64,000 bases of DNA from a virus. The stretch is from IMG/VR virus record IMGVR_UViG_3300027909_000003. One strand, 5' to 3'. Below, one piece after another: positions 51,186-59,704 of this stretch. The translations under genes and the position numbers were made by a program. Position 1 is the first letter of the stretch, and each line of letters begins with the position of its first letter. Under the pieces are notes generated by a model, which searched no databases, had not been told where the DNA came from, and saw nothing but the letters and a program-made list of their open reading frames with translations.

Positions 51186-52724
51186 TTATGCCTCGTTGGA
51201 GAGCCCACGCATGGCACGTGCCGACTTCTCCATCGAGGGCGGCGGCGGAATTACCTGCGGCTCACCCTCGGGTGCCAGCGACGGAACGAATCGCGCGCTG
51301 TGATCCTTGGGTGTGGCCTTGGCCAACTTGGCCACGCGCTCGAGCTCGGACACCTTCATAGCCTTCAGATCGGCATCACTGTAGGCGTCCTGCTTGGTAG
51401 CCTTGATGGCCACGAGCAACTCGGCATGGCGAGCACGATCACGCTCCTGCTCGCGCGCGGCCATCGCACGCAACGCCTGAAGCTCCTCAGCCTGAATCGC
51501 CACCACGCCCTCGGGCAGCTTCGGCTCAGCCGGTGGATCCTTCTTTTCATCGTCCTTCTTCTCGTCGTCCTTCTTCTCAGTATCAGCAACCGATGCCTCC
51601 AGCACTGCGAGTCGCTCTGCGGGCACGGCAGTCAACCATGCGCGATCGCCTTCGTTGAACTTGCCAGACTTGATGAGCGCCGCGACGCGCTCTTCGGGCT
51701 TGTCCATCTTCGTCTCCTTATTTGCGTCGTCGACGCGGTTATGAGCACAGCCGCACGATGCGGCTTTCGGTTCCTTCTGTGCACATTCAGCACCCAAGCT
51801 AACTGCATGATCGTGGACCGTCTGAAGCATCTTCTGGTCGCTCGCTGAGTGGCGCTTGCCTGCAGCAGCGATCAGTTCTGTAACCAGCTCCAGTTCCTCA
51901 ACTTGCTCCACATCTACTTCCGCTGCAATTTCGCGCGATGTATCATCCTCTGTGCCAACATCAGCCACTGTGAGCTTGGCAAGCAGAGCCTTGAGTCGGT
52001 CAGCAACTGTCATGGCAGACTCCTTTGAAGACGATGGCGGAGGCGGCTTTTCGTGGACAATGGTTGAAGGCGGTGTGACCGGAGTCGTAACCGCCGGCTC
52101 GTCCACGAGAGACAGACCCTCCGCCGAAACCATATGACGCATGGCTCGAACGCCACACCCCATTTTGTTTGAGCATGCGCCGGTAGCGCCAGGAGGCAAT
52201 AGCGCAATATGGTCGCCTTGAAGATCGCGCCAAATGCCGACATACTTTTTGCCGTTGGGAGCAACACCGCTCTTGTCTTCGACCTCAACCTCTACACCAA
52301 CACTCACTTCAATGGGCTCGTTTTTCTCTGCCCGCTGCAGAGCACTCAAGGCGTCACCGCCGAGCCGCTCGGCACGTGCACGGTCGATCCATGCATCCAG
52401 GATCATGCGCCCATCAATGAAACGAGGATTATCAATACGGCCGAACGCGTGGCGATCAGCAATATGCGCAGGATTGGCCGAGACGTAACGGCCATCTACC
52501 TGCGGATGATCCCCAACAACAGGGCGCCCACACCAACTCATGTAACCACGCCGAATCTCTTCAGCAGGTACAAATTCTGGAGTATCACTGTTAGCTGCGT
52601 GCACCACCTCATCACCGATTAGCACTGTCAAGGGAACAATCAGGTGTGGGCGTTCCTGGAACAGTGCAGTACGCAACTGCGAGCCAACAGCATTGACGAG
52701 TGTGAGGTAGCGAAGCTCGCTCAT
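51186..52724 (-). CDS. Prohead scaffold/protease-like protein (DUF2213-like N-domain plus acidic coiled-coil C-region)
   Basis: 512 aa. The N-terminal ~200 aa resemble DUF2213 proteins. The C-terminus has a KKDDEKKDDEKKD repeat and coiled coils. Confidence 0.5.
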   Translation of the reverse strand: MSELRYLTLVNAVGSQLRTALFQERPHLIVPLTVLIGDEVVHAANSDTPEFVPAEEIRRGYMSWCGRPVVGDHPQVDGRYVSANPAHIADRHAFGRIDNPRFIDGRMILDAWIDRARAERLGGDALSALQRAEKNEPIEVSVGVEVEVEDKSGVAPNGKKYVGIWRDLQGDHIALLPPGATGACSNKMGCGVRAMRHMVSAEGLSLVDEPAVTTPVTPPSTIVHEKPPPPSSSKESAMTVADRLKALLAKLTVADVGTEDDTSREIAAEVDVEQVEELELVTELIAAAGKRHSASDQKMLQTVHDHAVSLGAECAQKEPKAASCGCAHNRVDDANKETKMDKPEERVAALIKSGKFNEGDRAWLTAVPAERLAVLEASVADTEKKDDEKKDDEKKDPPAEPKLPEGVVAIQAEELQALRAMAAREQERDRARHAELLVAIKATKQDAYSDADLKAMKVSELERVAKLAKATPKDHSARFVPSLAPEGEPQVIPPPPSMEKSARAMRGLSNEA

Positions 52725-53311
52725 AGTTGTGCCTCAACTAGTCCGACGCTGCAGCGACAGCGCGGATGCGCACCATCACCAGGCTCGATCTCAGTGCCGT
52801 CTTCTGTCACGAAATTCTCGCCTATGGGCACTTTCTGCCCAGCAAGAAACTCGCAGATATCGCAAGAGACCTCGTCATCAGTGAAGATCCACTCCATCAT
52901 CTCCTGCCCTGAGAGCAAGCCTGCCTCGCGTGCCTGGTTCCACAGCTCAACTTGCCCTGCGCGCGCAGAGTTAAGACTTTCAGTCTGAGCAATCATGTCA
53001 GCACGGTCTGCAATGAGCTCACGAGTGTACCGTTCGGCAGCCTTGTCGATCTTCTCACGACTAGCGCCATCCTCGGCCATCTCAGCCCGCAGCCGTGCCA
53101 CTGCGCCGGCGCCTTGCTCGGTGAGGCCGATCATGGCGCGAATCAGTTTTGCTGTTTCGCGTGGCGGTCGACCCTCAGTGAAGGCTTCAGCGATGATCTG
53201 CCGAATGCCTGCGCGTGTAGCTTTGTTGATGTCTGTGATGAGTGTGGCGCTGTGCTTGAGCGCGTGGCGCACGGCCATTGGATTGGTGCGGTCGAAGGAT
53301 GCAAGAATCAT
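52721..53311 (-). CDS. Head morphogenesis protein (SPP1 gp7 / Mu F family)
   Basis: ADRADMIAQTESLNSARAGQ...DDEVSCDICEFLAGQKV...HPRCRCSV are hallmark MuF/gp7 motifs. Confidence 0.8.
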   Translation of the reverse strand: MILASFDRTNPMAVRHALKHSATLITDINKATRAGIRQIIAEAFTEGRPPRETAKLIRAMIGLTEQGAGAVARLRAEMAEDGASREKIDKAAERYTRELIADRADMIAQTESLNSARAGQVELWNQAREAGLLSGQEMMEWIFTDDEVSCDICEFLAGQKVPIGENFVTEDGTEIEPGDGAHPRCRCSVGLVEAQL

Positions 53312-53505
53312 TTCTTCACCGTCTGTCGCCGCACTGCGTTGGCGCCGTCTTCCATGATGTCGAGAAGGGTGCCTGCCAGTCCGTGCCGTGGTGCTGGCTT
53401 GAAGAGCTTGGCGTGGCGCTCGCGCGCCTCAAACCCAACCGCGACAGCCACGGCGCAGAGGGCGCGGATGCGCGAGAGGCGGGCATGGTCCATCAGGGAG
53501 TCCAC
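53308..53505 (-). CDS. Hypothetical small protein
   Basis: 65-aa ORF in register. Confidence 0.35.
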   Translation of the reverse strand: MDSLMDHARLSRIRALCAVAVAVGFEARERHAKLFKPAPRHGLAGTLLDIMEDGANAVRRQTVKK

Positions 53506-53720
53506 TCTTGCTTGAAGATTGCGAAGATCAGGTAATCAGGAGTGTTGTCTGAATAGCGCTCAAACTTCATCTGCCAAGATTCGAGCACTCGGCCTTGCTG
53601 GCGATGCTCCGAGATGGCCGTCTGGAAGTTTGATGCAAGCTCAATGTCGTAGCCGCCGCCTATCAAGACAACCACCTGAGAACCAATAGCAAGCAGTCCG
53701 CCGACGTGATCGCTCGCCAC
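53493..53720 (-). CDS. Hypothetical small protein
   Basis: 75-aa ORF that starts at the portal stop. Confidence 0.4.
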   Translation of the reverse strand: MASDHVGGLLAIGSQVVVLIGGGYDIELASNFQTAISEHRQQGRVLESWQMKFERYSDNTPDYLIFAIFKQEWTP

Positions 53721-55918
53721 TATAGGCCCCCACCCACAAGCTGGATAACGGATTTGTTGCTATCGGCATCGCTGAAGACAACTTCAGAAACAGAAGCCAT
53801 CAGTCCTTCGAACCGAGCATCGCCGATATAGTTCTTTCCAAGCCCAGGCTTGAGGTATGCAACACACGCATGTGGAATGTACGTTGGATGTGTGTCTGTT
53901 GTGACGAGCGCTGAAGCAATCTTCTTGTTAAGTCTCTCAAGGTCCATACTGGTGACTGAAACATACAGCACGTCGTACTCTTCAGATGCAAAAATTGCAG
54001 TCTTACCGAGCTTCAGTGCTGCTGGTGCTTGACCCGCGAGAGCAGAGCGAACCTCATCGGCATCTTGGGTGTGCAACCCGTACTTCACTGTGACATGCGG
54101 ATCGTTCTCACGTCCATCGGCAGCAAGTGCAGCATCAGGAATCGTGAGACTATATGCTAGCAACTTTTTAGCAATTTCAGGGGGCAGCTGCACTTGCGTA
54201 GAGGAGAACTTTCGCTCCTTGTCGATTGCTCTTCGCTCGCTTGCGACAGCAAACAGCGTCGCCGCCTGCGCCGGCAACTCCTCGTCCAGTAGCTCTCCGA
54301 ACAGTGCGACAGCTGCGGCGAGTAGCTCCTCGGCCTTAACGCGGTTGCCCTCTAGCGCAGCCTGCTCTAGCGCCTCCATGTCTACTTTGTCACGTACACG
54401 ATCAAACGCAGAACGAAATGCTGCTTCCAATCGTGGCGCGTAAGCATCGGCAACCTTATGTGTTGCCTTCCATGCAGGCTCGGCGGCAGCACGCTGCGCA
54501 TCTTCTTCCGTTGCATTATCGTCTTCAGCGCCAGGAAGAGGCACACCAGGCAGAACAGGAGCAGGAGGTGGCTTAGGTAGTTCTTCCTCTGGTATGGGAT
54601 CGAGCCCCCATATGCGATTACGAATCTCAGCAGAGGTCATGATCGGATCGCCACCAGCATTCTTTTGTGCTTGATTAGCAGTGGCAATCGCACCAGCAGC
54701 TGCAGTCTTCTCCGACTCGGACATTTCCTCTTCTACAGGCCACTCAATCTCGTATTTGCCATCCTTCGGCTCTGGCAGTTGGCCAACCTCAATAAAGTGA
54801 TCCACGAGTTTGCGCAACGCCGGCTCTGCGACCGATGTGCGGCGCGTAGCAACCTCATCATTGAAGTTGTCGTCCTCACTCTTGCCGGTCATCTCGCCGA
54901 TGCCGCTACCCAGTAGCTTGCGCTGCGGAATCCCCTTGGCTGCGGCAATCAACGCAATGACCAACTTGGCACTACTGTCGAAGGGGAATGGGCCACCGCT
55001 CAGCGCGTCTAATTCCACGCCTACAGTCTGAAACAATCGGCGCTGATTATGCTCGTACTCCGCATATTGCTCACTGATCTTCTCCTTGAGCGCTGCTAGA
55101 TCAGAGTCAGACATACCAGCAGCCATCTCAGGATCGAACTTCGCGTTCATCCCGGGATGCGCCCGATGCCACGCAGCCTCGCCACCACCACCAACGAGCT
55201 TGTCTAGATCATCAAGCTTGTTCCACACAGAGCGAAGACGAGGCTCGCCGAAGATATCATCGGCAAGATTTCCCTCAACAAAATGAATGATGTGAGAATG
55301 ATGAACGCGACGGGTCAAACCAGCAACAGAACCAGGCACTGGAATGCCTGTCACTGTACCTAACCTTACTTGATAGAACAACGGTTGCCCGAAGCGCTCG
55401 CTCTCCTTGTCTGCGTCCAGTGACTCGACTGTGCACTGCTCTTCACCCAGAGGCTGCAGAGACAGAACGGGCAACTTGCCATCACGCTCTTGTTCTAGGT
55501 TTTGTGCGGAACCGAGCAGCATCACTCCATAGCGCCCAAGCCCAGCGAGGACATCAAGCCGCAGCATGCGAGGCCACACCTGTAGCTGCTTGAACAGCTC
55601 CTTGGCAGCAGTCTCAAATGGCGTCTCGGTCTCTGTGTCATCGTCATCATAGACACAGCCCTTGGCACCCCAAGTCGCCTTGGGGAATGCCTCGACGATA
55701 GACTCAGCAATATCGCCGCGCTCGTAGCGCGTGCGATACATGGCTGGCGTAATGAAGTCAGCGTAGCCTAGCGCCTTGCTAACGTTGCGCTGGCCACCGA
55801 AGGTAAGGTTAGCACGCTCGGCCCATTGTGCGCGGCCAGCGATGGCAGATGCTGCAGCGCGCAACCACGCAAGCATGCCGTGGTCGCTGCCGTTTTGCTC
55901 CGACGAGGCTCTTGCCAC
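53720..55918 (-). CDS. Portal-like protein (DUF1073 type) fused to a C-terminal 2H-phosphoesterase (Acb1/LigT-like) domain
   Basis: 732 aa after TerL. The N-terminal ~470 aa are portal-like. The C-terminal ~160 aa carry two H-x-(T/S/C)-x motifs, HVTV (codon at 54095-54097) and HACV (53870-53872), spaced ~75 aa apart with flanking hydrophobic beta-strands. Confidence 0.7.
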   Translation of the reverse strand: MARASSEQNGSDHGMLAWLRAAASAIAGRAQWAERANLTFGGQRNVSKALGYADFITPAMYRTRYERGDIAESIVEAFPKATWGAKGCVYDDDDTETETPFETAAKELFKQLQVWPRMLRLDVLAGLGRYGVMLLGSAQNLEQERDGKLPVLSLQPLGEEQCTVESLDADKESERFGQPLFYQVRLGTVTGIPVPGSVAGLTRRVHHSHIIHFVEGNLADDIFGEPRLRSVWNKLDDLDKLVGGGGEAAWHRAHPGMNAKFDPEMAAGMSDSDLAALKEKISEQYAEYEHNQRRLFQTVGVELDALSGGPFPFDSSAKLVIALIAAAKGIPQRKLLGSGIGEMTGKSEDDNFNDEVATRRTSVAEPALRKLVDHFIEVGQLPEPKDGKYEIEWPVEEEMSESEKTAAAGAIATANQAQKNAGGDPIMTSAEIRNRIWGLDPIPEEELPKPPPAPVLPGVPLPGAEDDNATEEDAQRAAAEPAWKATHKVADAYAPRLEAAFRSAFDRVRDKVDMEALEQAALEGNRVKAEELLAAAVALFGELLDEELPAQAATLFAVASERRAIDKERKFSSTQVQLPPEIAKKLLAYSLTIPDAALAADGRENDPHVTVKYGLHTQDADEVRSALAGQAPAALKLGKTAIFASEEYDVLYVSVTSMDLERLNKKIASALVTTDTHPTYIPHACVAYLKPGLGKNYIGDARFEGLMASVSEVVFSDADSNKSVIQLVGGGL

Positions 55919-56098
55919 CCTTGCCGGGCTCCACTTCCTCGGTGGGAGTCCTGGGCCGGTCCCCGCGCGCCGGGGACGGGGCGGCCGGCGCGTAACAGCC
56001 GCCCCTAGGCCGCTAAGTATGGGGCCAACGGGGCGGGGGCCAACGCGGGTGGGCCTAAGTCGCTGAGGCTACGGGCGGTTCCCACCCGCCGTCGGGGA
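55919..56098. repeat. GC-rich TA-punctuated island (family member F) between a small ORF and the portal gene, running into the small ORF's 3' end
   Basis: ggccggtccccgcgcgccggggacggggcggccggcgcgtaacagccgcccctaggccgctaag...ggcctaagtcgctgaggctacgggcgg, with CCTAGG at 56004-56009. Confidence 0.6.
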
Positions 56099-56300
56099 AC
56101 ACGTACAGCGAAAGATCGGAATCACGCACATGTGCACGAATATTGTAAATTGATTCATCTGGTGCCCAACCACGTGCAGGACCGATGACGAAGCGCTCTT
56201 CAATATGAAGATGTCGCATTGACTCTGCGATATATTGACTGCGAGCGAGTTGACCTGCGAGAGCTTTTGCTTCTTCTATTGCTCTTTGCCATGTAAACAT
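56055..56300 (-). CDS. Hypothetical small protein
   Basis: ORF 56055..56366 trimmed to ATG at 56300, 1 nt after the TerL stop: MFTWQRAIEEAKALAGQ... Confidence 0.5.
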   Translation of the reverse strand: MFTWQRAIEEAKALAGQLARSQYIAESMRHLHIEERFVIGPARGWAPDESIYNIRAHVRDSDLSLYVFPDGGWEPPVASAT

Positions 56301-56301
56301 G

Positions 56302-57693
56302 TCAATCCCCAATCCAAACGCGCTTGCCACTGCGCACACGCTCAACCGCATAACGCAGCGAATCAATCACGTGATTCTTCTTGTCCTCAAGCACAGGAGT
56401 AACAAGACCAGTCATCTTGTCTGTCTTATACGAGTACATGGTGAGTTCATCAATCGTATGCTTACATCGTGGGTGAACAATGATGTCATAATTCTGAAGA
56501 AAGATGACACCTTCTTTAACGCTGTTCGGCCCCTTGATTGCTGCTGTGATCTTGGGATAGCCATGCTTCTGTAGATACGAGATCGTTTCTGGTCGTGCGC
56601 TATCTGCAGTGATTGTCCATTGTCTAGCCATGCCGTGTGCTGGAAGATCTCTACACCACACAGGGATCTCACACCCACAGGCATAGAAGCGATTCGGTCC
56701 AGGCTTGCCATGCTTCGCTATGCTCGTACATGGAACATTGGGTATCTCACAACCACAGGTAGCACGATCAAACAGATCAGGCAGATCATCAATCTCACAT
56801 CCTATCTTGTATGCCTCTCGATCGATGAACAGCTGATTGCCTACTACAAAGCAGCGAATAAGAACAGAAGGATCAATCGAGAATCCCCAGTCACCACCAA
56901 ACAGGAATACAGAATTCTCTGGTGTGTCGAATTCCTGCACCGTCCAATTCTTAAAGACGCGCGACTCGGCATGCTTCTCATACTCACCACGCCAGATGTG
57001 CGCATACTTTTCTGGGTCGCGCCTCTGGTCCCACTCCATCTCCTGTCGCAGCACTTCCGGGAACCACGGATTGTCAGTGTAGTTAACCTTGATGACCACA
57101 GCATCTGGAGGCAGGTCTGTGCCACGAAGAAGCACATCAACAGGATCTGTCGCATGTTTTGGATTCCAAGAAAACCACAATTCCGAGTCAGGCAAACGAA
57201 TCGTAGGGCGAAGCAATGTCAGTGAGCGATCAGAAAGTGACTGCGCTTCCTCTACCCACGCAATATTGAATCCTTCGAGCGACTTGATTGACTCGGCCGT
57301 CTGCTGATGCATGCCTTGAAAAATGATGATGCCACCACCAGGCGTGGCGATGTGTGTATTCATGATGCGGAATTCTTTGTGAAGCGCATACTTAGCGATC
57401 TTGTCTTCCAGCAACCGCTTCACAGACTGTTCCAATGATCTCTGGTATTCACGGATACAAACCGCCCTCACGGTCTGCTCCATACATCGCTTGATCAGCA
57501 ACTCAGCGAAGAAATGACTCTTGGCCGAACCGCGCCCTCCGTGCGCACCCTTGTAGCGACTGGGCGTCAGCAATGGCTTATAGGCATCTGGAAATGTGAT
57601 GTCTAACTGACGATGAGCTGCTGTAGTGTCCGTGAGGCCATCGCCCCACTTCTGTAGCATGCGAGCCCAGGCTGACTGCTGCTGATTAGGCAT
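56302..57693 (-). CDS. terL: Terminase large subunit (PBSX/terminase_6-like)
   Basis: Walker A GGRGSAKSHF, Walker B-like IAWVEEAQ, and C-terminal RNase-H-like nuclease motifs (GGDWGFSIDPS...HVIDSLRYA). Confidence 0.85.
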   Translation of the reverse strand: MPNQQQSAWARMLQKWGDGLTDTTAAHRQLDITFPDAYKPLLTPSRYKGAHGGRGSAKSHFFAELLIKRCMEQTVRAVCIREYQRSLEQSVKRLLEDKIAKYALHKEFRIMNTHIATPGGGIIIFQGMHQQTAESIKSLEGFNIAWVEEAQSLSDRSLTLLRPTIRLPDSELWFSWNPKHATDPVDVLLRGTDLPPDAVVIKVNYTDNPWFPEVLRQEMEWDQRRDPEKYAHIWRGEYEKHAESRVFKNWTVQEFDTPENSVFLFGGDWGFSIDPSVLIRCFVVGNQLFIDREAYKIGCEIDDLPDLFDRATCGCEIPNVPCTSIAKHGKPGPNRFYACGCEIPVWCRDLPAHGMARQWTITADSARPETISYLQKHGYPKITAAIKGPNSVKEGVIFLQNYDIIVHPRCKHTIDELTMYSYKTDKMTGLVTPVLEDKKNHVIDSLRYAVERVRSGKRVWIGD

Positions 57694-57904
57694 GCTTGAT
57701 CAACAGAGCTGTATAGTAACGCTCACCTTCATCTGCCGTATGCGAGACAACTGTCCAGCCTTGATCACGCAGCATCTCTAACAATCCAACAAACTCCTCG
57801 CGATCCTTGGATTCAACCAGCCCTGTGTTACCAGAACCTGTGACAAGGCTACACAAACCGTACTTCATGGTGTTCTTGCTAATTAGCGGCATCACAGACC
57901 ACAT
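57686..57904 (-). CDS. Hypothetical small protein
   Basis: 72-aa ORF that overlaps the TerL start by 8 nt. Confidence 0.45.
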   Translation of the reverse strand: MWSVMPLISKNTMKYGLCSLVTGSGNTGLVESKDREEFVGLLEMLRDQGWTVVSHTADEGERYYTALLIKHA

Positions 57905-57907
57905 CCT

Positions 57908-58663
57908 TTATGTATCATTGCCATGGTCAATCCCTTGCATGTATGCAATGCAATCACGCGCAACTATCGATCCAATTTTGAATAGCAAGCGACGTGCCAC
58001 TTCAAGATTGTTCTTAACATCAACAAGAGCATCGTGTGCGCTGCCATCATACTTAATGCCGAATCGTTCCAGCAGTGCTGGCATGTTAAGGGGAATATTA
58101 TCCATACCATGCTCCATAAACATGACCCAGCAAGCAAGATGGTATGTGTCCAGGCATCGATACTCACAAGGAAAGAAGCGGTCTGGACCGTACAGCGCGC
58201 GCAAGTGTGGAATGTCAAATGCTGCGATGTTATGCCCTGCCAGGCGAGCAACAGAATACTTCTTGTGTGGAGGTTTCTTTCCAACCATGGGCACCGACTT
58301 ATGCCGATTGAGGAATGCGTCGATTAAGGATTGTGCCTGTGCGCGTGACTTGATGTTGGACCGTTTGTTCCAGACATCAACACACTTGATAAACTCTTCA
58401 CGATCTGGGACAAGCTTCTCTTCAACAGCAACCATATTGCCCGTGTACCCCGTCAGATGTGCGAACACATTGCCTCTCATTGCCTCGATCTCCCAAGGAT
58501 CGTCAAGGACATGAAAGGCAATCTTGTACTCTACTTGCTCTACAGAAACAAGCGTCTTTGCGTCAACTGCAATGGCAGCAAACTGAAGAATGTGATGCTT
58601 ACCTGGCTCTCTGCCTGAGGTCTCAAGATCGAAGAAGACTAGATGGCCATTATTGCTGGTCAT
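57908..58663 (-). CDS. DEDDh 3'-5' exonuclease (DnaQ/RNase T-like)
   Basis: LVFFDLETSG (Exo I), GHNIAAFDIPHL (Exo II), HDALVDV (Exo III). Confidence 0.8.
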   Translation of the reverse strand: MTSNNGHLVFFDLETSGREPGKHHILQFAAIAVDAKTLVSVEQVEYKIAFHVLDDPWEIEAMRGNVFAHLTGYTGNMVAVEEKLVPDREEFIKCVDVWNKRSNIKSRAQAQSLIDAFLNRHKSVPMVGKKPPHKKYSVARLAGHNIAAFDIPHLRALYGPDRFFPCEYRCLDTYHLACWVMFMEHGMDNIPLNMPALLERFGIKYDGSAHDALVDVKNNLEVARRLLFKIGSIVARDCIAYMQGIDHGNDT

Positions 58664-58937
58664 AATTGCCCTTCAATACAGAAAGGATTACTTGTCTAGC
58701 ACCTTCCACATCACCACTCTCAAACATCCTTCGAGCCTCGGCCACCTCATTAGGCCAAACAGGTCTTGTCTCCATGAATCGAATGGCACCATTAACAGAG
58801 TTCACCGAAATCTCATTGAGGCGATCGAGAAGTTCGTTAGCTTCTCCTCTCAGTTGACGCCGTCTTTGCCGGTAGCAGCACTCAATCTCATAGGCGATGC
58901 GCTTCTTCTCTTCTGAGACGCTGCGAGGTCCACTCAT
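58650..58937 (-). CDS. Hypothetical small protein
   Basis: 95-aa ORF in register. Confidence 0.45.
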   Translation of the reverse strand: MSGPRSVSEEKKRIAYEIECCYRQRRRQLRGEANELLDRLNEISVNSVNGAIRFMETRPVWPNEVAEARRMFESGDVEGARQVILSVLKGNYDQQ

Positions 58938-59689
58938 GACTGCTCTCCCTCTACAATCTCTGCATCGACTGTGTCTGGCAGCAAGCTGTGCCCAATGGCG
59001 CCACTGCCAAGTTCCTGCACGCGCCTCACATAAGCACTCAGCTTCTGCTTGTCGTCTGTGAGGCTCTTCGCCTCTGCAATCAGAGCTTGAATGAAGGCGT
59101 CAATGTGCTCAATCAAGATGCGCTCACTGAGAAGCTTCTGCCATGCCAGCTCTGCTTGACTGAGCTTGGCCCGCGTGGCCAGCAGGCGGTGGACCTCGTC
59201 CCAGGCGTTGTTAATCAAGGCCTGCTGCTCTACTATAGCGGCCAAGGCCTCGTACCCCCGCTTAACCCCCTGGAGGTTTTCCCTATCCAGCTCCATGAGG
59301 ACCACACCCAACGCTGCACGAAAACTGATAGTCACGCCCGTGGGTTTTCCTGCAGTGATATTGCTCAAGACTTCTGCTGTTCGGGCATCGACCAGGGCCA
59401 GCTCCTCGCGGCAACTAGCAGCCTCCTCTAGCTTACTGAGGTCGAAATGCTCACGGAGCCCCTGAGGGAGCACTGCACTGTACTTACTTGCGCGGCCTGT
59501 CTTCCAGTTTTTGCTAGCTGGCCCGACCAGAGACTTGCCACCGTGCCGTCGGCAACGGTTAGATCCCTTGATTGGATGTACGCAACAATAGCGCGGAGGA
59601 TCACTATTCCTGAGCTTTGCACCGCACCGTCCAGGTGTAGGATCTGCGCTACCGCGATCCTGCTTGTTAGGATCATTGAGTGTGTTCAT
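58934..59689 (-). CDS. Zinc-ribbon (C..C..H...C..HGG) DNA-binding protein; possible terminase small subunit
   Basis: RCGAKLRNSDPPRYCCVHPIKGSNRCRRHGGKS followed by a helical region. The TerS idea rests only on the motif type and on proximity to terL. Confidence 0.35.
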   Translation of the reverse strand: MNTLNDPNKQDRGSADPTPGRCGAKLRNSDPPRYCCVHPIKGSNRCRRHGGKSLVGPASKNWKTGRASKYSAVLPQGLREHFDLSKLEEAASCREELALVDARTAEVLSNITAGKPTGVTISFRAALGVVLMELDRENLQGVKRGYEALAAIVEQQALINNAWDEVHRLLATRAKLSQAELAWQKLLSERILIEHIDAFIQALIAEAKSLTDDKQKLSAYVRRVQELGSGAIGHSLLPDTVDAEIVEGEQS

Positions 59690-59704
59690 AGGGCAGCATT
59701 CATC

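Noticed and set aside
49511-51848. Very long plus-strand ORFs (404 aa and 562 aa) across the capsid, decoration and scaffold region
   Set aside because: They are antisense to minus-strand genes with recognisable capsid-module features and coupled starts. Their translations are Arg/Ser/Leu/Gly-rich low-information sequence, typical of shadow ORFs opposite GC3-rich genes.
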